Assembly (NCBI GenBank): GCA_951406725.2
Contig: CATOCA020000017.1
Coordinates: 15,733 to 79,732, forward strand
Source of the DNA: Octopus vulgaris
Lineage: Eukaryota
Direction: 5' to 3'
Length of the DNA stretch: 64,000 bases
A program made the position numbers and the translations under genes. Positions 22,958 to 35,400 of the stretch are shown here, piece after piece (position 1 is the first letter of the stretch; every line of letters starts with the position of its first letter). Under the pieces are notes generated by a model, which saw nothing but the letters and a program-made list of their open reading frames with translations, searched no databases and was not told the origin of the DNA.

Positions 22958-23453
22958 ATAATAGAAATATTAAAAGTACTAAGTCTCTCTAAAAGAGAAC
23001 AACGGCAGCGTTCCCGGAAAATATTAGTTATCGCCATACCAACATGGCATTCTTATAAAAATAAGAATAAAGCTGACCGCTTATTAGCTCCATGAGGCCA
23101 TCGCCTTAAGTTAGCTATTTGATACACAAACTGTATCCATATAACCTTTGAACAAGGGAGGTCAGTCGCTCCACACTACTTGGCCGGCAGCTACAGACGC
23201 GTTTCGGGGTATTGCCCCTTTTCAATGCAGCGTAGCCAAACCAGTAGGTGTCGCTTCTGACAATCTCTGTTCAAAGGTTTTATTTACCTAGCTTCGGTGG
23301 AATACATCCACTTGTTTTCAATAATAGAAATATTAAAATTACTAAGTCTCTCTAAAAGAGAACAACGGCAGCGTTCCCGGAAAATATTAGTTATCGCCAT
23401 ACCAACATGGCATTCTTATAAAAATAAGAATAAAGCTGACCGCTTATTAGCTC

Positions 23454-23456
<3 letters not shown>
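22958..23456 (-). mobile_element. Non-coding Penelope-like (pLTR) / retrozyme-like element: 363-bp unit plus 136-bp partial tandem repeat
   Basis: 22958-23093 is repeated at 23321-23456 with one mismatch. Contains a hammerhead motif and is flanked by (ATT)n on both sides. Confidence 0.7.
23190..23231 (-). ncRNA. Minimal type I hammerhead ribozyme (U3-A8 core variant)
   Basis: Minus strand reads GCUGCA-UUGAAAA-GGGG CAAUA CCCC-GAAAC-GC-GUC-UGUAGC: stem I, core, 4-bp stem II, GAAA, palindromic ACGCGU stem III, GUC cleavage triplet. Confidence 0.75.
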
Positions 23457-23528
<72 letters not shown>

Positions 23529-23550
23529 TATTGTTATTATTATTATTATT
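23456..23550. repeat. (ATT)n/(AAT)n microsatellite, 3' tail of the adjacent minus-strand SINE
   Basis: About 31 trinucleotide units with ATC/GTT variants. Confidence 0.95.
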
Positions 23551-23625
23551 CAGGTCACTGCCTGGAATCGAATTCGGAATCTTGGGGTTAGTAGCCCGCA
23601 CTCTTAACCACTACGCCATATGCCC
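23551..23625 (-). mobile_element. tRNA-derived SINE head / tRNA pseudogene
   Basis: Minus strand GGGCATATGGCGTAGTGGTTAAGAGTGCGGGCTACTAACCCCAAGATTCCGAATTCGATTCCAGGCAGTGACCTG: A-box TGGCGTAGTGG, B-box-like ATTCGATTCC, then an (AAT)n tail. Stems are imperfect. Confidence 0.75.
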
Positions 23626-23639
23626 ACGGGCATTTCAGT

Positions 23640-24935
23640 TAGGGAAGTGAAGGAAATCAGCCCAAAAATGGGCAACTGGAAGGCCCCGGGACCAGATGGA
23701 GTTCATGGCTACTGGATCAAAAGATTTGGTGGATGTCATGCACGAATACCTGCACAACTCAACACCTTGTTAAATGCTGACCAAGTAGCAGCAGAGTGGC
23801 TGACAATGAGTAGGACAGTGCTGTGCTTGAAAAACATCAAAAAAGGCAATGGGTAGACAATTACAGGCCGATATCCTGCTTGCCACTTATTGAGGAAATT
23901 ATTGACTGGAATACTCGCAGAGTCAATGTAAGGACATCTGGGGAAAATGGAATCCTGCCACATGAGCAGAAGGGGTGCAAGCGTAAGTGTAGAGGTACCA
24001 AGGATCAACTCCTGGTAGACAAAACTGCACTTAGAGACTGCAAGAGGAGGAAAAGTAACTTAGTCATGTCATGGTTAGATTATCGTACGGCATACAATAT
24101 GATCACACGTTGTTGGATTATGGAATGTATGAACCTATTTGGTATTGCACTGAATGTTGAGCGATTGCTTGGAAAAGTATGGCGAAGCGGAGGACGGACC
24201 TGACAGCATATAGAAGTTTAGGGACAATAGAAATCAGGAAAGGCATCTTCCAAGGGGATTGCCTGTCCTCAATGATCTTTGTGCTGTGCATGATACCACT
24301 CACACTGAATCTGAGGAAAGCAAACACTGGGTATGTATGTATTCAAAAGCCGCCAACAAAATATGAATCACTTGTTATTCATGGATGACCTCAAACTTTA
24401 TGGTAAAGATGAATCACAAGTCAGTTCCCTCGTTGATACGGAGTATACTTTCAGTGCTGATATCATAATGGAGTTTAGATTGAAAAAGTGTGGTGTGTTC
24501 GCCTTGAAGGCAAGCAAAATTGAATGTATGGACGGGCTAGCGATACCGTCGGGAGAGGTTACGGAGCAAATTAAAAGGCGAGATGCTGGAAATGGAGATA
24601 CTGGAAATGGATAAATTGATGGAGAAAGAAATGACAGAAAAATTTGAAGTGGAGTACTTGCGGAGACTTAGACTGATCCTTAAGTCGAAGTTAAACGGAC
24701 AGAGTAAGATTGAAGCTATCAAAACCTGGGCAGTTTCACTCCTGAGATATGGAGCAATGATAATCACATGGGCAATAGACGAACTAAATAGCTTAGACAG
24801 AAAGACAAGGAAGTTGCTAACTAAATATGGGATACTTCACCCAAAAAAGTGACAGAGACAGACTGTATGTACCAAGAAAATGAGGGTAGGACTGATGGGA
24901 TGCGAACATAGCATTAGAGCAGAAGAAAACAACAT
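23640..24935 (+). mobile_element. Degenerate R4/Dong-like (RLE-type) non-LTR retrotransposon, RT fragment
   Basis: Frameshifted motifs WKAPGPDGVHGYWIK, NYRPISCLP, EQKGCKRKCRGTKDQLL, KGIFQGDCLS, HLLFMDDLKLY. Confidence 0.8.
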
Positions 24936-24939
24936 AACA

Positions 24940-27900
24940 TGTCACATTCACCCACCTTTCAACAAACTTACTGGGTGACAGCACCTCTCTCTCCAGTCTC
25001 ACTTTCCTTTTCAGGTCCCACCTGAAAAGTTAATGAGGCCTTGGCTGAAGAGGAAGGCACCCGTCTTAAACCCTTTTAATCGCATCCACCACACAACATC
25101 TTTCGCCATAACCACCAAACAGAGAAAAAACTGCCTGTCCTTCTGGCCAAAGGAAAGGAGGCGTGGTGATTTAACACGATTAACTCAGACGATAACTGGA
25201 TCCATCCTACACATGACAATAACTGTTCGACAAAGCTCCACAAGTCAGTAATACGTGGAAACTGTACGAGAGCATGCACAACAGTTTCATCGCTCCGCGT
25301 GCATCTCAGACAAGCCTGTAGAGCTCATGCCTGTAGAGCTTATCGCGAACCGGCCGAGCCAATCCCACACCATCCCACCCAACCAACCCCAGTAGCACTA
25401 CCAGGCCAGGAATTTCTCGAAGTTATCCATAGGTCCCGGTCTGAAAGTCCTCCAGAAAAGACCAGCCAGTTGATCCCTCCTGATGCCCTGAACCGCTCCG
25501 AGAACATCGTCACTCTTGCCCTCCATTAATCCCCCATAGAACTCCAAGGTGGAACTTCCATCGACTTCCTTGCCCAACTGGCCGAGGGCTGTGACCATTT
25601 GGAGACACTCTAGGTGCCAAGAGACCCTCCTCGGTCGACGCCTGATCCAGAACTGTTGCCACGTCAAGGAGACGAGCTGCGAAAAAGCACGTCCAACAGC
25701 AACCACGCCTGCTCACTGTTAAGGTATTGCTGGAGATGTCGCTGCCTCAGTGCATGTCTACGCATCATCAGCCATGGCAAACCCAGTCCTCCATGCAACA
25801 GACTGTCTAACAAGCGATACCTGTCCCTTCCACAGGAAGCAGAAGTGTAAGCGCACCAGCTGAGCAAGAAACGACAGTCAGGCAGTAGTATATGACGGGT
25901 GCGATGTATGCATTCGCCACCTCCACCCGACCTTTCAGGAACAGCTTCCTCTCGGCCCATTTCTGGTTGAGACTGGCTACCCTGTCTGTCATCTCACCCC
26001 AGTTCTTGTCCACTTGGAGGTCCGGACCGAATCAGACCCTGAGCAACTTAAATAGTTCTTCTTCCAGCACCCCACAACGCTGTCTGTCGGTAAGGATCTG
26101 CCTCTCCACGTGCCGAGCTGTAAGCCCACTCACTTCTGGTTAATCATTGCTCCTGTTACTGCTTCGTATTCCTTTAGGATAGTGCCGACCATCTCGATTT
26201 CCGAGATGTTTGACACCATCACGTTGACGTCATCTGCATATGCCAACACGAACCTTCCGCATCCTAGTTTACGCCGGATGCCCCTCAAAACATCCAGCTT
26301 CCGCAGTAATGGCTCGAGTGCCAGTAGGTAGAGAAGGAGTGAGAGTGGACAACCATGTCAAACCGAATGTGCGATGCTAAATGATCCTGACATTTACTTT
26401 GACCACCGAAAAGATGTCGCTGTACATTGCAGCGATCCAGCCTCTGAAAACGGAACCAAAACCAGCCACCTTAAGGACAGCCTCCAAGTACCGATGGTTC
26501 ACCCTATCAAAAGCTCTCGATAGTGCCCTACCTATGCCAGGATCTTTACCAATCCTCTCTATTATGTATCGTGTGAGGTGGAGGTTGTTGTGGTTAGATC
26601 AGTCGGGGATAGTGCAAGTCTGCACATCATCCACCAGTCTGTCAACGACAAGCGCTAGCCTCTTTGCTAATACCTCGGCCAAAATTTTGTAATTTGCATT
26701 TAACAGAGTTACAGGCCTAAAGTTATCAACAATGTCACCCTTGTTCAGATTCTTTCTAAGTAGCGTCACCACACCTAGGCTCACAAATATGGAGTTTCTC
26801 TCATTTTGCTGCCAGTTGCAGTAGACACCTCATAAAAGCTCACTAAACAAGTCTTGCATACGATTATAAAGCACGAAATGTAGACCATCCAATCCCGGAG
26901 ACTTCTCCCTCGTGCAAGTAGCTAATGCAACACGTATATCTTCAGCTGTTATCGGCATTTCGCATCACTCCACATCGTTGGCCGAAAGCCACGGCAGACC
27001 ATCGAAGTAGGAAGTGAAGTTCACCTCTGCCTCCAGACCACCACACACCCTGTACAGTTTAACAAAGTGCCGCTGAAATTCTGCATAGACCTGTTTGGAC
27101 TTGTGTAGCATGGGCCCATCCTGACTCCTCAAAGACCGAATTTAGTTTTATTACCACTTTGCGTATTGCTCACCTAGGCCCATCGAATGGCTTTCATTCC
27201 CTCCTGTTTAAGTGCACATGCCCTAGTTCTGACACTGCAACCTCCATGCTTGGTTCTGAAGAATTGGTTCAGAACCTATCTCGCCGCCAGCACGTCGGTC
27301 GCTATGCCTCTACTGAATGTCGCTTCTGATTTCCTAACTAGGTCTCCCTCCACTCTAGTTTTCTCTATCATTAGTTCTCGACAAAATACTACAGCATCTA
27401 CTATCATCGACGTTTTAGGGCTACCCACCATCGGTTGTTGACTTGCACCCGTCGACTCTTGATGGACTAACTTGTTAAGTCGTTCTGAAATCTTGGTGTG
27501 CCGGGAAGGATGAGCTCAGCTTCCAGTATCTCGGTAGCCTGCCAATGAAGCCTATCAAGGTCAAATCTGTGATCTTTATAGCTGACTAGTTCGAATTGTA
27601 TACAACCTATGCTTTCCTTATCTGCTGGCCTACAAAACACCCTATCAAGATAAGACCTGGATGACCTGATGCTAAAGCCCATGTCCACACTTGGGCATAC
27701 AGGTAATCCAGTTTAAACCTGTCAGCCAGTTGGAATCGACTGAGCAGGTTTGCAAGGCTTTCGTACCCCGTTTTCTATTTGCTAGCTCCGCCCAATCCAC
27801 ACATGCATCGAAGATGGCGTTCCAGTCACCCACTAAACACAACAGAGTGACCAGTATAAAAGCATTAGCTTCATTATCGTTCACATCTAGGACCACTGGC

Positions 27901-30157
27901 TTACCTTCTGAGTCCAGGAAGATCAACCCTATCTTGAGTCCAGGTCTTTTCTGAACAATACCGCCACCTCATCTACCATTCCTGGTCGACTAAGAGATGC
28001 AAAGATCTCAAAATCGCCAAAAATGGGTGTTAAGGTGCATGCTTCCACGATCCTGGTCTCACTGATGGCTATAACATCCAACTTGAGTCACCTGAGGTTA
28101 TTGAGCAACCCCAGGCCACGTAATGCAACCTACTCTTAGCACCACCATACTGGCCTAAAAGGAAGGAAAGAAAGATGAGGAATGCTACTTACTCTCATGG
28201 TGCCATTGGAGATCGGATGGTCCCACCTCCATTTCTTCGTTGGGTTCTTTTAGGAACCTTTATAGAAGCCTTGCATTGACATTTACTTGAGGGATTTTTA
28301 CATCATGTGGAAAGGCACCCCTAATTGTTTGGGAATCCATGTTCACCATCATTTAGTTCTTTGGCACGTTGCACATGCTAGTCCAAGAAGATTCCCTGCC
28401 TCCCACCTTTTTCAATGTCTTCCCTTATTGATAAGAGGGCCATTAGTTCTTTGTTAGCCCTCCTTACTAACACAAAGGTAACTGCCTGCATCATTGATCT
28501 TTGCTGTTCTTGCGTTTGTGGTGTGAGTTTCCTTTGGGGATTTTTATGTCTACAGTGCGGTTATTGGTGCTTCCAATGCTTTAGCAGATCATTGTGGTAC
28601 TTCATGAGTTGTCTGAGTGTCTGTGTTCGTTTTGTGGGGTGTAATTTCTTTGTTATCTTATTTTCGTGCAGGGCAACATGTCTCATTTCTGTGACTTCTT
28701 TTCGGTTTTTTGGATTTACTCTGTTCCCCCTCATCATCACTTTCCAATGTGGTAGAAGCAATGTCTGATGCAACCTCCTCCTCCTCTCTGTGTGGAATTG
28801 AATTTGTATTTGTATGTGTATCTTTTTCTGTGTGTTTGTTTATGAGAGGGGTGTTGTTGAGCTTGGTTGCAAGGTTGTTGGTTTTCGTGGTTGACCTCTC
28901 TGACGGTTTTCCTGTAGGTGCTGTTGTTACGCCCGCTACCGCCGCTGCTATTTTTACTGCTTTCCCTGTTGTTGGCGGTAATCTTTCTACAGCTGGCACA
29001 GTTTTTTTTTTTTTGTTCTTCCAGCTTTGGTGTTGGTGTCAACATTGGTCAACGGACTCCTGTACTTATTCGCTGAAGGCTGAATGCTTGTAAGTGTGTT
29101 GCTTCACCACAGGCGAAGCAATGAAGCCTTCTGCTCTCGGTGATAAGGGGTATTCCCTCCCGTCCTTGAGGCAGACATGATCTGGGATGTTCTCCAAGTC
29201 TTGTGGTTTTGTTTGGATTAGCATTTCCAAATCCATCTCAACCTAGTCTTCTCTTTGTGTCCGTTGGACTTTTAGGAGGAGGATGTCACTTCCCTCTGCG
29301 ATCACACATCCCACAACCTACCATATATACCTGGTATTATTTCAAGGACTTGAACTTTTATTGTTCTTCTGCCCATGCAGGACCGGTACATTATGAGCTG
29401 GTCAGTTTTACGACGTTTTCTCTGACCCATCTCAGTGTCATCTCCACTTGTAGGTGGGAGGATTGTTCTGCTCGTCGACACTGCACCGAGATACTTTAGT
29501 GTGCTCCTCTTAATTTCCGACCCCACTTCAGCTGGGATTGCAAGGTTAGCCCAGGTTTTATCGCTTTTAATGAGTTTGTGGGCCTGGGCTAACATTTCTT
29601 TTTTGTTGGATATGGTTATCTCATAGTACTTTTGTTGGCATTTCACAGCTGCTGCTGCAAAAGTACTTGTTCCGCTCTCACTACTGATGGTGGGAGTGGA
29701 ATCGTTCACGTTATTACTGCTATTATTACTTCCAAATACGCCCACCTTCCTGTTGCTGGTGTTGACGTTGGTATTGGTTGTTCTCATCGATATTTTTATT
29801 GTCGTTATTCATTCTGTTATTGCTTTCTTTTATGCTTCTCTGCTCCGTGTTGTTGGAGTTGTTATTTTCTGTGTTGAAATCAGTTATCATGGTATTTTCC
29901 ACATTATTTCCAATTGGGGAGTTAGCAGTTACATTTTTGTTGTCTATTCGACTATCGAGTGATTGTGTGTTCTCCACTGTGTCACTTTTCTCTGCAAGAT
30001 TACTTCTTTGTTCTTTGCGGTTAATTTCATCTCTGTCCATAGAGTATGTGGTGCTTTTGGATTCGTTATCATTAAGACTATTATTTTATACTCCCTTTTA
30101 AACAATAATATCAACAAAGACAGTAGTTTTGATGACAAAAATACTTGTCAAGCTTCT
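24940..30157 (-). mobile_element. Old, decayed Tx1-clade element (distinct subfamily), near full length but lacking its 3' UTR
   Basis: Fragments homologous to array ORF2 (RLEREVLSPSKFVERWVN, KWAERKLFLKGRVEVANAYI, NFRPVTLLN, SSRSYLDRVFCRPADK). ORF2 start near 28148. ORF1 remnants with HCFACGEATH knuckle near 29100. Confidence 0.85.
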
Positions 30158-30298
30158 GAGTTCAAATTCCGCTGAGGTCGACTTTGCTTTTCATCCTTTC
30201 GGAGTCGATAAATTGAGTACCAGTTGTGTATTGAGGGTCGATCTAATCGACTGGGCCCTCTCCCAAAACTTTCGAGTCTTGTGCCTAGAGTAGAAGAG
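30158..30298 (+). mobile_element. tRNA-derived SINE (5'-truncated) with Meta-domain-like core
   Basis: B-box GTTCAAATTCC, then GCTTTTCATCCTTTCGGAGTCGATAAATTGAGTACCAG (resembles the MetaSINE central domain), ending in (ATT)n. Confidence 0.65.
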
Positions 30299-30378
<80 letters not shown>

Positions 30379-30434
30379 TATTATTATTATTACTATTATT
30401 ATTATTATTATTATCATTATAATTATTAATATTA

Positions 30435-30474
<40 letters not shown>

Positions 30475-30517
30475 TATTACTATTATTACTATTATTACTA
30501 TTATTATTATTATTATT
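30299..30517. repeat. (ATT)n microsatellite
   Basis: About 220 bp ATT array with ACT variants. Confidence 0.95.
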
Positions 30518-31150
30518 TATGGGTTTTTCTTCTTTCAAATTTGCTTCCATTTCTTGCCGAGTGTCTTCCCGACTCCTAGGGCAAAGAAACTCATAGTATA
30601 CATTGGTAGGCCATTAAACTAAACTCACTAGTTCGTTCATTTTTTTTTTATAGAAATAAAGTTAAATTAAAATACATGGGTAGTAATAGTTCTCACATCA
30701 ACAATCCTCTTCTCAATACGTGTGATGTACCAGTTAAGACAATCTTTTGCACTTCTTGCAGGGATGGTAAGCCAGGGATCATTCTCATATAATTTTCGGT
30801 TCCCTTCTTGATCGTAGTGCTCCTACGATCACTGGTATTGTAACCGCCTTGAGATGCCACATTTTCTCAATTTCAATGAGCAGGTCTTTATATTTTCTGA
30901 GCTTGTCAAATTCTTTCGCCGAGATTACATAGAAAGTATTTTGCGTAGGATATGAACAGTTCCCATGAGCACTGTCTTTTGAATTTCTGCCATTTTGGGA
31001 TTTCCTGGTATCTGAGCTAGATAGTAATCAGCCCTTTTTGCTATCATTCCCAGGGCACCTATGACAACAGGTATTGTTTTAGTCTTCAAGTTCCATATTT
31101 TGCTAATTTCTATTTCAAGATCTTTATACTTGCTCAGTTTTTTGTTTCGT
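30518..31150 (-). mobile_element. Two 3' fragments of R4/Dong-like RLE elements
   Basis: Minus-strand translations KYKDLEIEISKIWNLKTKTIPVVIGALG and KYKDLLIEIEKMWHLKAVTIPVIVGAL (RLE C-terminus); 3' UTR runs into (AAT)n. Confidence 0.7.
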
Positions 31151-31409
31151 CACAGACCTTTTAAAACCATTTCAATAGTATGTTCTAACTAATAGAAGGA
31201 AGGAAAAAAAGAAAGAAAAATATTTACAATTTATTTTCTGAATGAAATTCATTCATTTGTAGTAATTTAACCCAAGGTCAACCCTGAGTTAACCTATGAT
31301 AAAAGGTGTATTCCATCTCATATTATTTCCAAATGTTGTATTACCTAAAGAAGTTTTAGATAATCTTTTTTAAGATGGCAGGATGTAATTAAGAGGAATT
31401 GGTAGCTAT

Positions 31410-32281
31410 TTGTTACATGTCAAACAACCCTCTCAAGACTCCTACCATGGAAGACCTACCATGAGTGTCAGTCCTGAAAATGTGGTAAAAATTTCTCAGG
31501 TTGTGTATGAGGATTGTCGTAGGATAATCACTGGCATTGCTGATATTGTTGGTCTGTCGTATGAGTCTGTGCACGCAATCCTAACATCTGAATTGAACAT
31601 GCAGTGTGTCTCTGCCAAGTTTGTCTCCTACCTGCCGACCACTGAGCAGAAATAACATCACATCAAAGTCTATCTGAATCTCCAATGACCCATCCTTCAT
31701 GTCAAGGATCATCACTGGTGATGAGAGTTGGGTCTATGGGCACGATCCTGAGATAAAGCAGCAGTCATCACAGTGGACCAAAGAATGAATGACAGAGTTG
31801 CAGCTCAATCAAGAGCATGCTCATCGTTTATTTCAACATCTGCAGTATTGTGCATTGAGAATTCATTCCCCAGGAACAGACTCTGAATCAAGACTTCCAC
31901 TACGATGTTTTGAAGAGTTTGAGGGAGGACATTCGATGAAAGCGACTGGATCTGTGGAGCATCAAGAACTGGATTTTTACGCCAACAATGACCTCTCCTT
32001 ACCCATGAGTTTCTCACCAAAACCAACATGGTATCACTTCAGCACATGCCTTATTTGCCAGATTTAGCACCTGCAGACTTTCATCTTTTTCCAAAGATGA
32101 AAAAGGTCCTCAACTTGCTCACAGAAAACAACCTCCAGGCCAGATTCCAAAACTGGCAGGAATGCTGAGACTGGTGTATTGCTGCGCAAGGTGACTATTT
32201 CGAAGGAAATGATGCTAAACTTTGGTAAATGAATTATTTTTAAGCATAACTAGTCCAGGAACTTTTTGATACCACCTTGTA
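31410..32281 (+). mobile_element. Mariner DNA transposon remnant (decayed transposase plus right TIR)
   Basis: GRP, IADIVGLSYESVHAILTSELNM (HTH region), IITGDESWVY, DLAPADFHLFPKMK; terminal GGAACTTTTTGATACCACCTTG+TA. Confidence 0.85.
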
Positions 32282-32313
<32 letters not shown>

Positions 32314-32347
32314 ATTAATAACAACAACAACAACAACAACAATAATA
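32281..32347. repeat. Compound (ATG)n(AAC)n(AAT)n microsatellite
   Basis: Direct reading. Confidence 0.9.
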
Positions 32348-32452
32348 GTTTCTTTCATTGAGCACAAGGGCTTAAGGCATGGAGGACAGTATTAAAGGAT
32401 GAGTTATAACACACAAAAATAGGTGGGATTTACATCGATCAAAGGGATATAT
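32341..32452 (-). mobile_element. 3' terminus of another Tx1-like family (probably continues at 36581-36960 beyond the CR1 insertion)
   Basis: Minus strand ends AGCCCTTGTGCTCAATGAAAGAAACTATTATT, resembling the array 3' end AGCCCTTGTGGCCAATAAAAAAAGAATTATT. Confidence 0.5.
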
Positions 32453-35400
32453 TAGTTAGTTAGTTAGTTAGTTAGTTAATTTGGCTCAAAAGCAAATAGC
32501 AAGGCCATGTAGGGGGACATGGAGTTAAGTACAGGGTGGTGTTCATGTAAAGAGTTCAGGCCACTTGAGGTCAAGGGAGGCTTTGAACAAAGCGGTCGTC
32601 GGCATCTTCACCATCTCGTCTGGCAGCTTGTTCCACGGATCCGCAACCCGGACGGAGAAAGCTCCTCTCCTTCGATTGAGATGAAATCGTCGCAGGTAGT
32701 GCTTTGTTGGCAGCATGGACGCACTGGGCCGAAGGCGAAAAGGAGGAATCCACCAAGATACCCAGGTCCTTTACCTGATCGGTCCTCTCCAGCGGCTCGA
32801 AATCAAGTTGAGTTGCAGGAGGAGAGCCAACAGGCAGATGACAGCATTTTGACACGTTCAGACATAGGTCCCATTCGTTAAACCACTTCCAAATTTGGTG
32901 GAGGCATCGACGAAGATCCTCTATATCACCGCGAGGAGCGACCAGTTTGATATCGTCGGCAAATAGAAGGGTGTGTTGCGTGAGACCGTCGAGCAAGTCA
33001 TTTATGAAGACTAAGAACAATAAGGGCCCAAGCACTGAACCTTGAGGCACGCCACTGCTCGCACTGGAGACGTCGGACCGCGAACCATTAACTTGGACTT
33101 GGAAGGAGCGATCTGAGAGGAAGGCACCAACCCATCGTACAATATCCGGATGGAAACTATATGCTTGAAGCTTGACAAGTAATAGGCGGTGGTTTACCGA
33201 GTCAAAAGCTTTGGAAAATCCAATAAAACGATGTCAACAGCATCACTATCATCGAGGATGCGCGTCACCAATTCTTCCATTACCAGTAAGTTGGTCAAGC
33301 ATGATCTCTTCGGCACGAAGCCGTGTTGGGAATCAGAGATAGAGGCTGTGTTTTGGAGGTGGAGCATCATACTTTTCTTAAGGATGGTTTCGAACATCTT
33401 GCTGATTATTGATGTAAGGGAAACCGGTCGGTAGTTAAGCGGGTCTTCGCGGCTCTCTTTCTTGAAAATTGGGCAGATTATCGCTGTTCTCCAGTCCGCA
33501 GGTATAACACTCGTCGCCAATGACATATTGAATAGACGTGTTAAGGGCTCGCAGATGACCGGAGCCAACGCTTTGATAACCCGTGGGTGTATGCCGTCAG
33601 GGCTGTGACCCTTGTTGACATCGAGGCCTTGAATAACACGTTTGACTTCGTCCCGCGTGATGACCAATCTAGGCATTGGAGGTACCGATCTATCAAATGG
33701 AGGGGGTTCATGACCATCATCTTGTTTGAAAATAGTTGAAAAAGCCTCGGCAAATAATTGACTCTGTTGATAAGGGTCCTCAATCGATACGCCTGTTGAG
33801 TCTACCAACGTTGCAATCTGGTTGTTCAAGCGGGAATTCCGTTGGACATGGGCAAAGAAGGTTTTTGGATTGCTACTGGCATTTGCCGCGATTTTGTATT
33901 CATAACTGAAGCGTTCTTCCTTTTCAATTTTCACGGCTCAGTCTCGTTGAGTTTTGTACACCTCAAAAGCTGCAGTCGAATCCAGATTTTTGAATTCAGC
34001 CCAAGCAATATCTCTGAGTCGACGTTCTCGTTTAACCTTCGTCACCCAGGGCTTGTGTTTCTTCTTCTTGGGAAGCCCAACGGGAACTGCCTGGTCAGTC
34101 AACCAGATTACATATGCTTTGAGGGATGACCATAGTTCGTCAACTGAGGACAACGTCATCAGGGATCGCCAGTCCAGAAGCGCGAAGCCTCGGTTAGAAT
34201 TTCAAGATTAATTGCAGAGAAGACTCTACGTGGCAGCGAAGTAGTCGTGGGCGTAGAAAAAGTTGTGTGCATGACGAACTTCAGGACCGCATGATCACTC
34301 TTGGCAAGAGGGGCGCACACAGATACGTCTGACACTGATCTTGGATAGCGGGAGAATACCAGATCCAGCATAGATGGCTGCTGCCCAGACCGATGCCTTG
34401 TCGGATATTCAACATGTTGCGATAGAAAACAATCTTCAGCCACGTCAAGAAGGGCCTGGCCGAACCGGGAAGATGTTGTACAAATTGATGCGGGCCAATC
34501 GATCGTGGGAGCGTTGAAGTCTCCTAGTACCAAACAGTCATGCGAAGCTGAAACGAATCTTATCGCTTCGAGTAAATGAGCATCGTCCTGGGGGTCGGCA
34601 AGAGGCGGCCTGTAGACAGCTAACACGGGCAGGCAAAACTCGGATAGGCTCAGCTTGCAATAGACGGCATCGAATTTTGTTGTAGGTTGAGCATTAGTGG
34701 GTAGAATACCGCTGGACGGTTTGTGCTCAGATTTGACATACACAGCAACACCTCCACCTCGCCTTTTTTCTCTGTCACATCTGAAAAGGACGTAGCCCTG
34801 TAGATGGATTTCTGAGTCCTTTACTGCTGGAGTCAGCCAAGTCTCGGTGATAGCTATCACATCAGGGGAGTCACGTATGGCCAGTGTAAATAGTTCGCTG
34901 AACTTTGGGAATAAGGAGCACGAGTTGGTATAGACGATGCTGAGCTGTGAAGTTTGAGGGGCGGGAGTTGGGGAACAAGCAGAATAAGGGGTATCAGAGA
35001 TAGCATCGTTGACGGGGGTATCAACTTCACTTCGATTTGCCCTCACTTCACTTTCCCTGTCAGTACTACAGCATGCGACCAGAGGTAGGACTTGATTATT
35101 TGTCCATCTTGGATGCGTAAACCCTTCTCTCCCATCTGTTTCCTCATCTTTAGTTCGGATATTAGGTTTCTCCGGCGAATTCTCTCTCTCAGTGAGTATT
35201 CCTCGCGAAAACCCATATCAGGCATGCGTCTGAGCTCTGTTCAGAAAGGCTGAAGCCTCCCGATCGGAAGAAAAGATTACCCTTATTGGGCGTGGTCTAG
35301 TATCTGAGGTTGGGTTCGCTTGAAATCTTCCTAGCCGAGCGACCTTATGGATACTGACATTTTCGTTCACAGAGAACAATTCTCCAACTAAAATGGAAAC

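Larger units (their letters stand above)
17183..22959 (+). mobile_element. L1/Tx1 retrotransposon, array copy 4 (5' UTR lacks ~90 nt; mosaic ORF1)
   Basis: Begins TAATATTTTGTAGCCAAACCGACC (internal 5' UTR) after the (ATT)n of copy 3; ends AATAAA...GAATTG(ATT)n. Confidence 0.92.

Noticed and set aside
1-22959. Array as a pure assembly duplication or LTR element
   Set aside because: Copies differ by structured haplotypes (ORF1 type, 3' UTR, 5' truncation), and there are no LTRs, integrase or protease. Read-level confirmation is still advisable for copies 1 and 2.
23551-23625. Functional tRNA gene (anticodon ACT)
   Set aside because: Acceptor and anticodon stems pair poorly and it is followed by an (AAT)n tail; better explained as a SINE head.
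22910-23650. Short ORFs sharing IIEILK.LSLSKREQRQRSRK
   Set aside because: They arise from the 136-bp direct repeat and ATT tracts, with no recognisable domain.
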